Of a stretch of 63,445 nt of DNA, positions 39,561 through 53,899 are shown piece by piece. A program made the position numbers and the translations under genes. Under the pieces are notes generated by a model. That model was given only the letters and a program-made list of their open reading frames with translations. It was not told the DNA's origin and did not search any database. The number at the start of each line of letters is the position of its first letter. Positions within the stretch are counted from its first letter, which is position 1. The stretch comes from Octopus bimaculoides (Eukaryota), in contig NC_068982.1 of NCBI RefSeq assembly GCF_001194135.2, positions 180,705,550-180,768,994 on the forward strand, given 5' to 3'.

Positions 39561-41626
39561 ATTACTTAAAAATATTCAGTTTTAGATCATATTCTCTGTA
39601 AGGCAGCATGCGATCTCAAACAATAACTAGTTATCTATTGTTATATGTAATAATTATTATTTAAGTTTCTAATCAATCTCCCAGTTGTCTCTTTTTTATT
39701 ACAATAACTTTATTTAACTCTATAACTTCTACACAGTACTTCTAAATCATACCGGAAAATTATTTACAAATATTAAGAGACAACTGGTATGTAATTAATT
39801 CTATCAACAATTTCTAAAATTACCAATTGAAATAATATTAACACAAATTTATGAAGGACCAATGCATTTAAATCAACCTAATTCTATTAATATTTCACAT
39901 TGTAGTACCGCTCGCATTTAAGCGAGTCTTTTATATGTTTACTAACATTATCGCTAAATCTGTGTTTCTATAAACATCAATATAAGCATTTTGTAAGTCA
40001 TTTAGTTTATTTCTTTTTAAATAGTCTTTAACTTAAGTCGTCGTCCAATTAAGAAATATTTCCTTCAAATATCGACTTTGCTAATTTATTCTCTTTCAGT
40101 AAATCTTAAAGACTTTATTGAACCTAATTAGCTTTGCTTACTTAACGACAGAAGTATAGATAACGGAGATTAAACACTCACTACAAATGAAAATTATCAC
40201 GATATATGTACAAGTCACTCAATCCAGATCACTTTAAAACCTAGAAACTTATCTTTTATTGTGACAAGTGAGCACTATGTTCTAAATATTTTAAATGTAA
40301 TGATCTTAAATATACAGGTGTCTTTGAATGCTATTTTAACACGCTACTACTAACATATCACAATATGCACATTTCGTTCAATAATTAGCTGTACAAAATA
40401 TCAACAACCTTGTTTTGAAAATTACACTCATTTCATAACACCCCATGCAGCAGATAGTTCTTTCTAAACAAATAACATATGATTATAAAGATTATAACTT
40501 TTGCCTCCATTGTGAACATTATTTGCTGTGTATATGAGGAATGATAACTTTTAATATTTAAAAAAAAATTATAAATAATTTGAAATATGTATAATATCTG
40601 CATTATCTCTCCACATAAATTGAGTTTTCAATTTACTTACTTTCCAAACAACTTCACGCTGTGAATGAGAAAACACCTAAGTTTTTTAAAAATACATTAC
40701 TTTCTTGGAGTTAACGCTATTTCTGTTAATATGGGACGTAAAGTCGTTTCATTTTGATAATTTCCCATTTGTTCCATAGTAGGCTGAATTTCCTAATAAA
40801 ATAAAATGTCATTATTCTTACTATGTTATTCATGTTTAAATATTTTGATAGTATTTGTACAATTCTTATGCTAGCAATTAAAAAGACATCGATTACATGG
40901 GCGACTATGTCAACACAAGAAGCCAGTATATGATTGTAAATTAAACGCTGGCGGAGTTGTTTTAAAAATACAAATGATACATTTATTCGTTTCCAAAGTT
41001 TGGGCTAAGGTTCTTTTGTAAAAACAAAAAGACTTGCTAATTTTGTTATCGTTTATTTTTTAAACAATAACTATATTTCCGTTTCTGTATTCAACACGAG
41101 TGAACCATGAATGCTATTTACTTGGCAGACTACAAATACAGCCCAACTGATATGAAACCTAACAGACCAAGAGGAATTATATTACACAGAAGATTTAAAC
41201 ACTTAAATGCTATTAAGTGTGTTGAGAACTGAAATTAGTTCTCCATCCCATCACAAGTCTATATCTATTTACGGAGAGGGCAATTATGTGTTAAACATGA
41301 AGCTGAAGTTACCGTAATTTGATGCAACAGCAAAGAATATTTCAATTTTAAGGTAAGCTACGCTGTTACGGTTACTGAAATGCTCAAGAGAGCATCGTGT
41401 GTAGTATTACTAGTGTGTAATGAATCAAAGTCAGTTTATGTTTCCTTGCTTTTTATATTTTTTTTATTGAAGTAATAACAGTTGAATAGTTAAGAGTTTC
41501 ACTTTGCAATCATATGCGTCTCAGTTTGATCTCATTAGATTTCATTTGGGACAAGTGACTTCAGCTGTAGTATTGTATGAACAAATGTTCTTGGGTAGAA
41601 TTTAGTATCCAGGTACTGTTCAGATG

Positions 41627-41676
<50 letters not shown>

Positions 41677-41729
41677 CACCTACCTATCTATCTATGTATC
41701 TATCTGTCTAACTGTCTGTCTGTCTCTCC

Positions 41730-41765
<36 letters not shown>
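41627..41765. repeat. (CTAT)n-(CTGT)n-(TA)n compound microsatellite
   Basis: Direct reading. Confidence 0.95.
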
Positions 41766-41770
<5 letters not shown>

Positions 41771-42228
41771 TTTGTACGTATCTACACAAATATATGTGTG
41801 TGTGTATGTATGTAAGGGTGTGAACCTGTGGCTATAAATTCGTATCTAATGGTACAAACTATTGTCGTGCACCTCTATGTTGAAACGCAAATGAACATTC
41901 GATACCCTGATATCGACTATAATAATCATCAGACTGAAATCGCATCAGCCAAGTGATCAATGAAGGCAGCAAAAAATCATTCAAGTATTCATCACTGATT
42001 TTTCTATTGCGAATGATAACTTTCACAGGAAAAAGCTATATAGTTAAATGTAAGATGTAATAATTTCAGCAACAAAGATTAAATCAACTGCGACTGTGTT
42101 TGTAGAACAATTTCTAAAACAGGTATATCCAGATTTTTAATCATCTATAAGATACCGTTGTTTAGTTGTGTGTTAATACTAAATTGTGACCTTATAATTT
42201 CAGTAGAAACAAATATTAAAAAGTGGGG

Positions 42229-42865
42229 AAGGTGGCGAACTGACAGAAACATTATCACGTTGGGTCCAGCGGTGTTTCGTCTGTCTTTATGTTCTGAGTT
42301 CAAATTCCGCCGAGGTCGTCTTGGCTCTTCATCCTTTCGGGGTCGATGAATTAAGTATCAGTTGCGTACTGGGATGGATCTAATCGACTTTCCCCCTCCC
42401 CCAAATTTCAAGCCGTGTGCCTAGAGTAGAAAAGAATATCAAAAGGCTTAGGACAAGGTGGTGACCTGGCTGAATTGCTGGCCTTCTTAGCGGCATTTCG
42501 CCCGTCTTACGTTCTGAGTTCAAATTCCATGGAGGCCAGCTTTGCCATTCATCCTTTCGACGTTGATAACATAAGCATCAGTGGAGTTTTGAAGTCAATG
42601 CAATTGACTTAACTCCACCCCAAAATTGCTGGTCTTGTGCCAACATTTTAAATCAATATTAAAAAGATGGGATAATGCAGTGAGTTGGCAGTGTCATTTC
42701 CGCGCCGAGCAAAATGTTTCACGGCATTTCGTCTGTCTCTACGTTTTGATTTTGCTTTTCTACTTTTCGGGGCCGATAAAACAAGTACCAGTTGAGTACT
42801 GAGATCGATGAAATGAACTCTCTCCTTCCCTAAACTTGCAGGTCTTGTACCAAAATTTGAGAAAC
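42229..42865 (+). mobile_element. Three head-to-tail SINE family A copies (42229-42437, 42455-42660, 42677-42865)
   Basis: Each has an A-box-like head and a CATTTCG..CTACGTT/TATGTT..CCTTTCGGGG.CGAT..AAGTA.CAGT..GATC..ATCGACT..CCCAAAATT..GGTCTTGTGCC body; B-box GAGTTCAAATTCC in copies 1 and 2. Confidence 0.9.
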
Positions 42866-42974
42866 GAGTGAAATTGGGAAGTCTGAATTGTAGTTACGTC
42901 TGTTCTGTTGCAACTAAGACTTCGTGGACACGGATGCAATTTCCCTTCACTATTCCTATATTAAACTGCATTAA

Positions 42975-43125
42975 TAGGTATTGTCAGCAGTTTTGAACAA
43001 GGTGTTGTTAATCGATACCATAGACTTCAGTATATGACAGATAATATATTTTGTTGACCCCCAAAAGATGAATGGATAGCTAACCTCAATGAATTTTGAA
43101 CTTCGGATAGAGCAGACAACAAACA
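42975..43125 (-). mobile_element. Degraded SINE family A copy, inverted relative to the tandem trio
   Basis: The reverse complement contains GAAGTTCAAAATTC..CATTCATCTTTTGGGGGTCAAC..ATCGATT. Confidence 0.6.
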
Positions 43126-43589
43126 GAAGAAGGAATTTTTCCCAACGTCTTTACGATTCTGCTCCTCCACTGACAAATATTAAACAAGGCTATTTTTTTT
43201 TTCAAATTGCTCCCGTTTATTCGGCTGTAATTAATATCAGTCACGTAATGGTACATCTAACCACAGTTCCAGCTATCGCGTATCATGAAATGAAGTTGAG
43301 GTAGGGGCTGGTGAAAAGTGAGGATCTCTGCTCATCGGAAACGTCGGTGTTCTGCTTCGGTCAAACGCTTGTTTGTTTTGCTTTTAGCGAAATCATGGTA
43401 CGTATCACTAGGATATGTCCACTCACGAGTGGCAACTGACTGTAGAATTACTGCATCTACTTTTGTAACTCAAATGAATATGAAAATTGTGGGATCTGTT
43501 TTTGTGATTTAAAATAATATTTTTTAGGAAACACACATAGTATAGCATTGTTGATAAGGACATTGGTGTCAGTTACACACTTGGACACA

Positions 43590-44590
43590 ATGCGTTTCCA
43601 ATTTTGTCTTGATTGCGCCATTGTTTTCCATGTTGATACAAATTATTTTACTAAATCCTCTTCCTATCGTTGCGGATGGAAGGGTGCGGGGCTTCCAAGT
43701 AGCCTTTTCAATCTCATAAATGCAATTCGGCAACTACGCAGGTCCAGCAGTTGCCTCTGAACCTTGCGACATTTCCGGCCTAGCAGAACTTGTGCTTTGG
43801 ATACTCTAGGATCACATCCTTCACTCCGCTTCGTTTTCCTGTTATCTCATTTCTATTGCGCTCTCTTAGTAGTATTCCCAGCATGGATCTTTCTATGGCT
43901 CTTTACGTCGTAGCCAATCGATGGTCTATCCACTTCGTAGTAGCTCTCTTCCCATTTGCATATAAGAACGCAGACAGGACGGTACTATTGAAGAGATTGG
44001 GGCGTATGCCACTGTCTAGTTTTGTTTGGAGCATATGCTTTATTAACTGAGGTGTCTTGCTTCCTGCTCATATTATAATTTGAATCTTCGCATTCCATAT
44101 CTCATCGCGTATTCAATAAGTGTCCTCAGTAAATTTTCGATTTCATCTCTTCCCACATCTATACGGCCTTGTGATACATCATACATGTATTTTATTTTCA
44201 TGTGTTTCATTTTAAGACCTACTGCTAAGCTCTGAGTATTCAGCTCTATTGGCATGGTCTACAGTTGGTCCGGTGTCAGCCATGAGCACAATGTCATCTG
44301 TGAATCGGAACTGTGTCAGTTGCTCGCCATTGATGTCCACGCCACCTATCCAGTCGATGTCTTCGGTGACCATTTGTTGACAGAGCTTAGAGATGGTTGT
44401 CGCCTTGCTTCACACTCTTCTCGATTGGGACCATTACTGGTGGCGATAACAAATAAGAGAGAATACCCAGTACATGATGTTCAGCATACTTATATATTCA
44501 GATGATAAATTTGATCGTTACTTCTAGTGCCACGATTGTTCGACCAAACAGAATATTATGCTGCTGTCCACGACTCTACTACATTATGAG
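43590..44590 (-). mobile_element. RTE-clade LINE RT and C-terminal fragment
   Basis: GVDINGEQLTQFRFTDDIVLMA (cf. GI.INGE.L.HLRFADDIVL), LFNSTVLSAFLYA, RAIERSMLGILLRERNRNE, AGNVAR. Confidence 0.88.
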
Positions 44591-45809
44591 AACAACACTT
44601 AGTATGATATTCCCGCACTCTGTGATCTCCACCTTGCCAGGATTATATTCCTGCACCTCTTCAATATTACACTAAGAACTTAGCACTACAACGCAATACA
44701 TCAACGTCAAATCACCGTTATATCACAACAGTTATAAGAGCAAATCTTAGAATGTGTCAGTAGTAGACCGATTCACAACTAAACTACAAATAATCTATAT
44801 AATGATAAATAGGATTTGAAAACGAATTAAGTAACAAACAATTGTAGTGTAAAATAATTAAGATGATTAGAGTGTCAATAAATTAAAATATTAATTAATT
44901 AGAACTTGAAATGCACTTTGTTGAAAAGAAACTATTTTTGCAGAACGAATAACGTAAAATTCAATGAATTATGTATCTTACCTTCTCACTCCTCATTTCT
45001 AGATTTTAAATAAAAACAAAATGATAATTAAAGATTGTTTTCATATTATTCACTTTAAAGTTCAGTAGAAACAAAAAGAGTGAATTGAAGAAAACTAATT
45101 TAATTATTCCAAAAATAATTATAGAAATTACGTAGAAAATAAATTACTATTGGAATACTGTGTACATAAATTCTCTCAGCTGATTTTTCACCCCACCCAG
45201 CTGGTTTTAATTTTAATCAGTTGGATAATTTGTTGTTTTCAAGTTTCATGTTTTCTATTTTTCTCTTCTGTTCCTTGTTTGTTCGCTGTTGGTTTGTAGC
45301 GCAACATCTAAAATATATATTAAATAACCGATTCAATGGACCGATTCAATTTAACTCGTCAAATACAATCTAAAACCGAATTTCTGAAGAAAAATTGCAC
45401 AAAAAAGTGATTAACACAGAATTCTGTTCCAGGCAGAATCGATTAGGTGTCTATAATACGTTTAAAAGATATTTACTTTGAAAATAAATTTAATAAAACA
45501 TAATGAAATAATTTATTTTTTCATTAAATATTGCTGAGTAATATTTGTTTTCAGAAATATTTTTTAATATAAAGACAATTTGTTTTGATTTAATTTGATG
45601 GTTTCATTCTCGGAGCGAGATGTCAATTAAGTAGAAATTTGTGTTTGTTTTCATAGTAATTTTCGCATCATCTAAACAGAAATAAATTATTGAACTAAAA
45701 CACACTGGTATGTTTTTTATGTAAAAATCATATTCTGGTTTTAAAATTTATACTAGAAATGCACGCAATCTTAAGGCTTTCCTCTCAGCATCTTACAACA
45801 TCATCTTAC

Positions 45810-45887
45810 TAACTCATATACATGTATATACATATGTATACATACATACATACATACATACATGCATACATATATACATATATATAT

Positions 45888-45939
<52 letters not shown>

Positions 45940-46085
45940 TATATATATATACATGTATATATATGCAAATGTATATACATTCTCTCTCTATATATACACA
46001 CACACACACACAAACACACACGTATGCGTGTGCGCACACGTGCGTGTCTGGATGTGGGTTTGCGATTGCGTGTGTTTGTGTGTGT
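45810..46085. repeat. Compound (TACA)/(TA)/(CA)/(TG) microsatellite
   Basis: Direct reading. Confidence 0.95.
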
Positions 46086-46549
46086 AAGTTTTGGTGAGTG
46101 TGTATACTATTTAAAGTAAAATATAAGCACAATACCTTTTTATATTTCAGTCTTACGAAATTTTAATGAAGGAAGGTCTTCATATTCATTGGAGAAAATT
46201 TGGATGACTAGCAAGCCAAAAAATTAATAATATCTCTTTCGAATCTGATGAAGATATTTAAAATTGAAATAAAGATAGGCGAGAAAACATTGAAAACAAC
46301 AGCAAAAGTAGTATTTCTTTTATTGTGTACATCAGTCTGCACCAATTAAAATGAAATATTTCAATCCTTAACAATTCTACATATTATAACGCACAGCACT
46401 ATCCTAGTTTAAATGTAGCTCAAATTATGAGGCCGTGTATCTGTTACAAGAATGTGGTCAGTGTAATAGTTTTGTGAATTCTATACGTGGATATCTTGAG
46501 TTGTATCTAAAATAATTCTGTGCCATTAATATTCGACTTCTTACTTCAA

Positions 46550-46870
46550 TAGAACTGCTGCATGTCTTCCATCATTTCCCAAAGAAAGCTTTCTTATCGA
46601 AACATGTACTGTCCTACATCCATTATTTTCTCTCTTACTCACCCACTCTCACTTTTCTCACGTGCAGGAACTGTACTTAATAATTTGGCAAATACCTATC
46701 ACAGCTTCACTTCCTGAGTCTCCTTACCTTCCCAAGAATTTAGTATTCACAATGACTGTTGTCCATCCGTCCCTTTCTTCTAATATTTAATGATCTGAGG
46801 GATCATAGGTCCAATCGCATCTCTACAGACTGCTGAAATTATCTTACAATATCAACTGACATCCGTCTGA
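46550..46870 (-). mobile_element. Possible RTE 3' remnant
   Basis: RDGWTTVIVNTKFLGKVRR resembles the RTE ..LGKV.G.R.RGRP region; degraded. Confidence 0.3.
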
Positions 46871-47751
46871 TGTTTATTATAAAGACTGATGTTCGATATT
46901 CATTGAACTAGGTTGATTTCTGTCGCAGAAATGCTTAGATCGTGAACAAAACACGAGGATAAAACGAATTCTAATCAAAGAGACTAATTGGTAAGATGTT
47001 CTCATATCTTCAGTTAAATCCATATAATTAAATTTGCATTTCTTTATTCCAATCAATAACATCAGTGCAGACGGAATAGTTTTCAGTTTGTTTATTCATG
47101 AAATTCTATAGCCATTATTCCTTATAATTACAGAGGTTATGTTTTGGTAAGCTTTGCAGTACATGATATAAAACTTGTCAATTTATAAGATGTGTGTTTA
47201 GACAGTAAAATCTCTCACTAAGCCTTCACTGTCTTATAATGGTAATTATTTGAATATATTAAACTCTAGAATTTGTTTTACATTTCGTTTTACTCTATGA
47301 ACTAATCATATTCCTTCTATTGACTATATTCATTTGGAAACATTTTGTACTTTGATACTAAAGTTGCAAGAACGTATTCTTGTTATTTTGTTTTATTGCT
47401 ATTCCTAATGGCAGGAGAATTACTGCTGATTATTGTTCACTTAAAATTTATTTCACGTCAGAGAAAGATATAATTTTTCCGTTAAAATTTTTCTGGTGCA
47501 GTTTAATTTATTCATTTAAGCGCGAAGAGTACGGTGTGATTTTAGCTACCGGTCAATTTCTTGTACACCAAATGGAAGAAGGTATTTTCAATGATCATCT
47601 CCGAATATACCGAAAATATGAAATATTTTCATTACAGTGTAATATATATAGTCAATAAAAAAAACACACATACAGAGAAAAAGAAAAAAAACAAACAAAC
47701 AAACGTTTGGATGTAGTCCGAGCAATTTGCTAATAAGATGCTCAGACACAC

Positions 47752-47794
<43 letters not shown>

Positions 47795-48008
47795 NNNNNN
47801 NNNNNNNNNNNNNNNNNNNNNNNNNNNNNNNNNNNNNNNNNNNNNNNNNNNNNNNNNNNNNNNNNNNNNNNNNNNNNNNNNNNNNNNNNNNNNNNNNNNN
47901 NNNNNNNNNNNNNNNNNNNNNNNNNNNNNNNNNNNNNNNNNNNNNNNNNNNNNNNNNNNNNNNNNNNNNNNNNNNNNNNNNNNNNNNNNNNNNNNNNNNN
48001 NNNNNNNN

Positions 48009-48061
<53 letters not shown>

Positions 48062-48299
48062 GTGTGTAGGGATGGAATATCTCGTCGTACTGAAGATAAA
48101 AGGATGCATGAAACAAGACTGAGAGATGTGTTGTGAAGCAAAATATATATGAGTCCATGAAGAAGATATTGCTAGATAACATTCGATGAAAAGTAGAGAG
48201 ATATCAGGTTGAGTAAAAGGTAAGCAACGTTTTGAACCACGAAAAATTTGTACGGGATTTTTGCAGAGATTTGGATTTTTTTAAAAATATTTTATTTTT

Positions 48300-48520
48300 G
48301 CAATTGTCTGATAATACAGATAGAGACTTGCCCAAATGCATCAATAAATTAACATTGATCAGCTCGAAAATGCTTTCAGCGATTTCTCTGTGGAGCCCTG
48401 GGCCTTGAAGATCGTTAGCGTAGTGGACGCCCATCTGTCATCGATGGAGGCCAAGTAAAGACTGTCATTCGTCTTCTTCTGGAACGTCCAGAAAATTTTA
48501 CAGTGTTAGAATATTTAAAT
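48300..48520 (-). mobile_element. Possible RTE RT remnant
   Basis: ASIDDR / HYANDLQG..EIAESIFEL across a frameshift (cf. VSIGGR..YADD..G...EL..L). Confidence 0.4.
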
Positions 48521-49399
48521 ATGACTGTTGTCTGGTGCTATAGTTTTGACTTTGTTAATACTGATAACGTTTGAAACGGAGCTTTCTTAATATGTTTTAC
48601 AACATTTCGTTTCTAAACATGGGTTTAGTTGGTATTTTAAGCCTTTTGCCCATTCGTAAACCTCGTTCGTTAGTTCAGGTGAAAATAAAGCAAATTTCTT
48701 CTATATAATCCAGAACCCTTAGTATTGCACAAAGAACATTGTTAATGTTCCATAGAACTCTACGCATCAAAGGATCAGATACGAACTTATTAATGAGATA
48801 ATAAGCTACAAATAATCTTACCTGTTGTAGGTGTTGTTCCTGCCGACGTAGCTGTCGTCATCGTCATTGCTTTCCTCAGAGTTAGTCTTGAGTGAGTTGG
48901 TGTATGATCGAACACTTTTTCGGCTTTGAAATTTTCTTTTGAAGAGCACACGATTTTAGCTTAAGAAATTATGCTACTATTTAGCATGACCTGCAACAAG
49001 GTATGTTTTTCTTGTTGCTACTGCTTCCTCATATCATCGGATTATCAGTTAATGAAAGGAAACACATCAATGAGATAACATTTCCACAGACAATTTGAAC
49101 CCACAACCAATGCGTTATGCATCATGTAACTTAAATCCTGATGCTTGGCTTTACATTCTCCCTCAACAATATTCACTAATATTCAAGAAAAATATTTTTA
49201 TATTTCGATTTTCATTATTGCAAGAGATGAAGAACAGCTGTTTCATTCTAGACAATGCCTGTCAATTTTTAATATTACCTGTCAACAACACACAAAATGT
49301 TTTGTTACGACGTCTTGTTTCATTCTGAAATTATCAAACCTATGGAGCAATTTGTTCCATACACTGATTAAAGAACAGCACAATTCTAGAAGTCTACCA

Positions 49400-50120
49400 T
49401 AAAAAAGACTACCGGCAGGAAATTATCAGTCAGACTTCACGTAATTTCGTCTATGCAAATTTGATATGTCTTTTCAGTCTGTTGGCTTGATATACTGATA
49501 ATCGATTGACAAATCAATTATTGATTTTAGATTCTGTATATCGTAAATATAGTTTCGACCGGTCTTCGATAATAAGTCACTGGTATCAAGTAAAACTATT
49601 TGATTAGCTTCGTTTTTTTACGGGTGAGAAAATTCTGGCTTCACATTTGATGTTGGCGTGAATTGCCACGCCTCATGCTTCTTTCTGTGAAAAGTATCCC
49701 TGAAGTGAACATTACTATGATCGAACAAAGTTTGTTTCATCGATGATTTTTAAATGATTTATAATAGTAGATTGATTTATTTTTCTTTCTATGCCTAACC
49801 CTTAATCTTGATCGATCTTTACCCATCTGAAAAGAATAAATAGTTTACATTGACCAACAGAATCCATACGAAATAATATTTCTATTCAGTTGTTGATAAT
49901 GAGAATCACCTAAGGTTACAGCCCTTAAAGCTGATGCAAATTTTTCTTGCTGCGAGCTTCATCGCTCTGAAGTGGAATTTCTTAGCACACTGTGTTCTGC
50001 TGGTGTTACAATAAAACATCTACACTGCTGTGTTTGCTAATTGTTTGTTTTAACAAAGAATACTTTGTAGGAACAATTTCAACACAACACGACTTAGCGT
50101 TTAACAGTGTTCCTTGGCAT
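49400..50120 (-). mobile_element. mariner transposase remnant
   Basis: ..AW..TPTSNVKPEFSHP*K (cf. W...P..KP.LHPKK) followed by a GRNYI segment (cf. G.TI...Y); upstream HTH-like remnants. Confidence 0.55.
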
Positions 50121-50749
50121 GTTGTGTTCAACCAAACGTTTTGTAGTTAACAACATTAGATGACTGGGCATATTTTTGAAGAGTTTCCTTTTGTCACCAA
50201 ATTGTATAATGGTTATAATTCTTGAGTACATTCTGAGGAGCTAACCCAACAGACTGGAGCACAATATTAGTCTAATGTTCTACCCCTCTAAAGTGAGTGC
50301 AAGTTTTTGAGAGACTATACTAGGCCTCTAAATCCCTGGTAGGTTAGTCACTAGTTACTATCATGTACTTTAATTTTGTTTTCCTTTTCTCTACTAAATG
50401 ATCTTCCTCAGTTTTTATCTCTGTCTAATTCTCAAGAAATACAGCGATTATTTTCAGACAAAACGAATTATCTGCCATTTTAATCTGTGTCAGCCACTCA
50501 TAATATTATCTGTCGGTGACACACCAACAATTTCTAAACACACCCTTTATATATCACACTCTTTACCTTCGGTGAAGAGTCCGATTTTTTTTTTAGTCAA
50601 TTCAGCACACGTTCAGTGTATAAGCAACCTTGGATCCCAAACAATCTTACCGTTTAACCCAGTAGAATAGTCTAAATACGTTCTGCTGTATAATTTTGCA
50701 GCTGTTATGTGAGTAAATTAGTTTCTTCTAAGTGGTCTTTTTCTCAGTT

Positions 50750-51350
50750 GTTCACAGTCTAACCGCGGAGAAAACAGTGCTTATGACAAAATTAATCGTT
50801 TATATTTAAACGTGTTACCGAACATTTTACGGATTATACCACTCAACTTCAATAATTCTTAAGAAATTTTGATACTCTTCTCTTTATTTACTGTTATATT
50901 ATGGAGGCTTGAACCTTCCCATCTGATCCTGCTTAATGTTAACCTAATACAATCAACAACAAAAACAGTCTACATTCAACCGTGAGCAATCATAACCATA
51001 ACTTCCTTGTGTTTTCGACTGACACCGTATTTTATACGACCACAAGAAATATGTTTTCATGTAACAATAGGGGACTTGCTCTTCTACTTCATGCACTCAA
51101 ACATTCAGACCTTCCCAGAGTGCCATTTTGTTGCCGATGACATCAGTAAAGATGAATCATCTGGCAAAAGAACCTCTCAGATACACTACCTACTCAAAGT
51201 CTCTATTCGTCTGGTCTGCAGACAATCAAGCTTTCTTTTAGGCAACTCTATTGAAATCTGTTTAATAGGAATTACTACAAAAGTTATTCTACCAATTCTA
51301 GTGCACTGCATATTTTTGCCTTTATTTCTCAGAACTACCAGCTCTCCTTA
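50750..51350 (-). mobile_element. Possible RTE 5' / APE endonuclease remnant
   Basis: Degenerate T.NVR motif, then IRLTLSRIRWEGS (cf. TWNVR..IDILGISEVRW.GSG). Confidence 0.35.
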
Positions 51351-53899
51351 TTAAGTACCTTCTATTGTTATTGTTATTTACAACAACGTACATACGTTCA
51401 CACCACCTATATACATAGAAAAATATTCCTATGCAGATAACTGTACCCCTACGTACAAAGTTGCGCACACATTTTTGTTTTCCAATTCACATAATATTGC
51501 GCCTTCAAATTATATGGCATCGTAATTAATTTATATCTCATTTCCAGGTTTGAAAAATAATTCAGGCTTCTGAATCCCGAAACATTCTGATTATAATTCA
51601 CATCTGACCACCACTTACATATTTGGGATAACATTATTATGAAAAAGAAATACCCTACACTACGTAAAAAAGTAAATTACCCGCTTTAACCTCAACTCTA
51701 CACGTCAGATACGCTCTTCAAAACTATCCTAGTATATAACAATCTCGTAAAAAAGAAAACGAAAGTCATTCGAAAGTATGTGAGGCCTAAGTAGCTGTTA
51801 ATCGAGAGGGACATTTAAATATTGATACCTCTCTGCGTGATAAATTGGCAGTTGTTTCCATTGGTTAATCTCGTATAATATATACAATTAATGTGAAACG
51901 AATATGTTACATCAGAATTATTTCATCAATAATATTACATTGTATCTGTATCCGTATGCATATGATGTAAATATTTCAATAGAATATATGCGTTCATACA
52001 GAAGCATTTTTCCACATCAACATCAGACGAAATATTCATGATTTACTCATAGAATGAGGTTTATAAAATAGTAGTATAAATGCAAAGAGAATTATATAAC
52101 ATTTAAAGCTATCAGTAAAACCCATTAATATTTAGTTGATGGAGAAAACACTGTATTTTTTCAGTCATATCTTGAATTATATAAACCTTGCAAACACTTC
52201 TGAATTCTGGCAAAATCTCAGATACTGTGCTAGGTCTAAGGTGTTTTCTTTATAAGTTGTGAGTAATTATTTCTGATATTTTTGTCAGTTTTAAATTTGA
52301 TTTCTGCTCAAAACTTTGTCATGCGGTTGCAGTAAGCATATACCACAACAATAATTTCAGCAGAGTTTTAATATATTGAAGGATTATAACTAGGAACTGA
52401 TTAAATAAGAATTCATTTGACATTAGTAACCGTATACTGTTGCAATAAATGGAGAGAAACCGCCTACATTTACAACATACATTCCGTAAAGAAATTAATC
52501 ATACTGAAGTCGTCTAAAAAGGTAAAGCTCTCATCTTACTACTCTGAAAGAGTTGAAGTATCGAGGCTATTAAAATACACTTACTCGACAACTTCATATT
52601 ATGCATATCATATTATATCATAACTTTACATATTGGAGTAAACACGCAGTTATTATTGAGGAAAACTACTTACAGAAAGCACTAGTGCAAGGAAATCGGA
52701 TAAATCGATGATCACAAACAATTGCTACCATATGTTGTGTATACATTTATGTGTATTTTCTGGTGAAAGAACTGGCAGGCTTAGCAGTCATAATTTATAT
52801 ACAATGAATTATTAATTTATTTCGTTGAGGCGTCTCTAAGAATAGCTTAGATTTTGCTATGCATTATGTGTGAGGAGAGAGAGAGAGACCATCTCTGAAA
52901 TGGAAAGTGGGTAATGTATACAACATTAATATTATATCTAGCCACTGCATTGAACTAACTTCTCTTCACAGTACTTAGAGATTGATACATATCCTGATAG
53001 TTGAGCAATTCGGTAGTGTACAATGTCGGAACGGTATGGTGATATACACGAGAGTAGTTTAATACTATGAAAAAAGAACCTTGCTGACATGAAGCAGCAA
53101 TCAATATGTTGATAAAAAAAAACTTCACTTGTGATATAGTTTAATTATAAATAATTTAGTGGTCGTGTTTTCGTAAAAACATAACAAAAATAAAACAAAA
53201 AAAGAAAATACGAGAATTTAACGCTATAATACAATTTTGCTAAGAGCGACAGATATGTTAATAGTTTCAATGGGTCATTTACTTTTGCTTTCATTTTTAA
53301 TTTCCTTTTGTATCTTTATTCTCAGCATTTAAACATCTTTCATAATAATTTCTATTGTCTATAAATATTGGTCATATTTAATGTTTGTAGAATTCGGTGC
53401 GTATTTAAATTACATACGAATATTGATACCACATATAACTCATATAACACATATAACACATATAACTCATACATGTAAACCAAACACATACTAAGTTTTT
53501 TTTCACTTAAATACACGAGTTGACGGTGAAGATGAATCTTTGACATATATGGATTTTTCAATAGCACAAAGGTGACATTACGTAAGTGCACAGCTATATA
53601 CTTGAAAAGTAACTGGATGAGAATATGCAGCATTTAAGCTATCTGAAATAGATGAGAAAGTCTTTGAATATTAAACATATCCTTTATTATCCAAACATCA
53701 AAGTGCTTCATACTGAGGTTCAAATATTAGCGAATCGTGAGAATGTAAATTTTCCACTGTAGAGCTGTTAATAAAAATAAAACTACTTCAATATGATAAA
53801 TCGTCATGTTCAAGGCGAACTGCAAAATTCCAAATGATGACATACATATTCATATTTAATTGGTTCCAGCAGATTAAAACATGAATATGCTAATCGCTG

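Noticed and set aside
39374-39562. Exon of a FERM-like gene (KWTIMGRLYFCV resembling W...G..FF.V)
   Set aside because: The wider context aligns better with the mariner transposase C-terminus.
43307-43352. Hammerhead-like CTGGTGA...GAAACGTCGG
   Set aside because: A6 is altered, stem II does not close next to the core, and there is no stem I complementarity.
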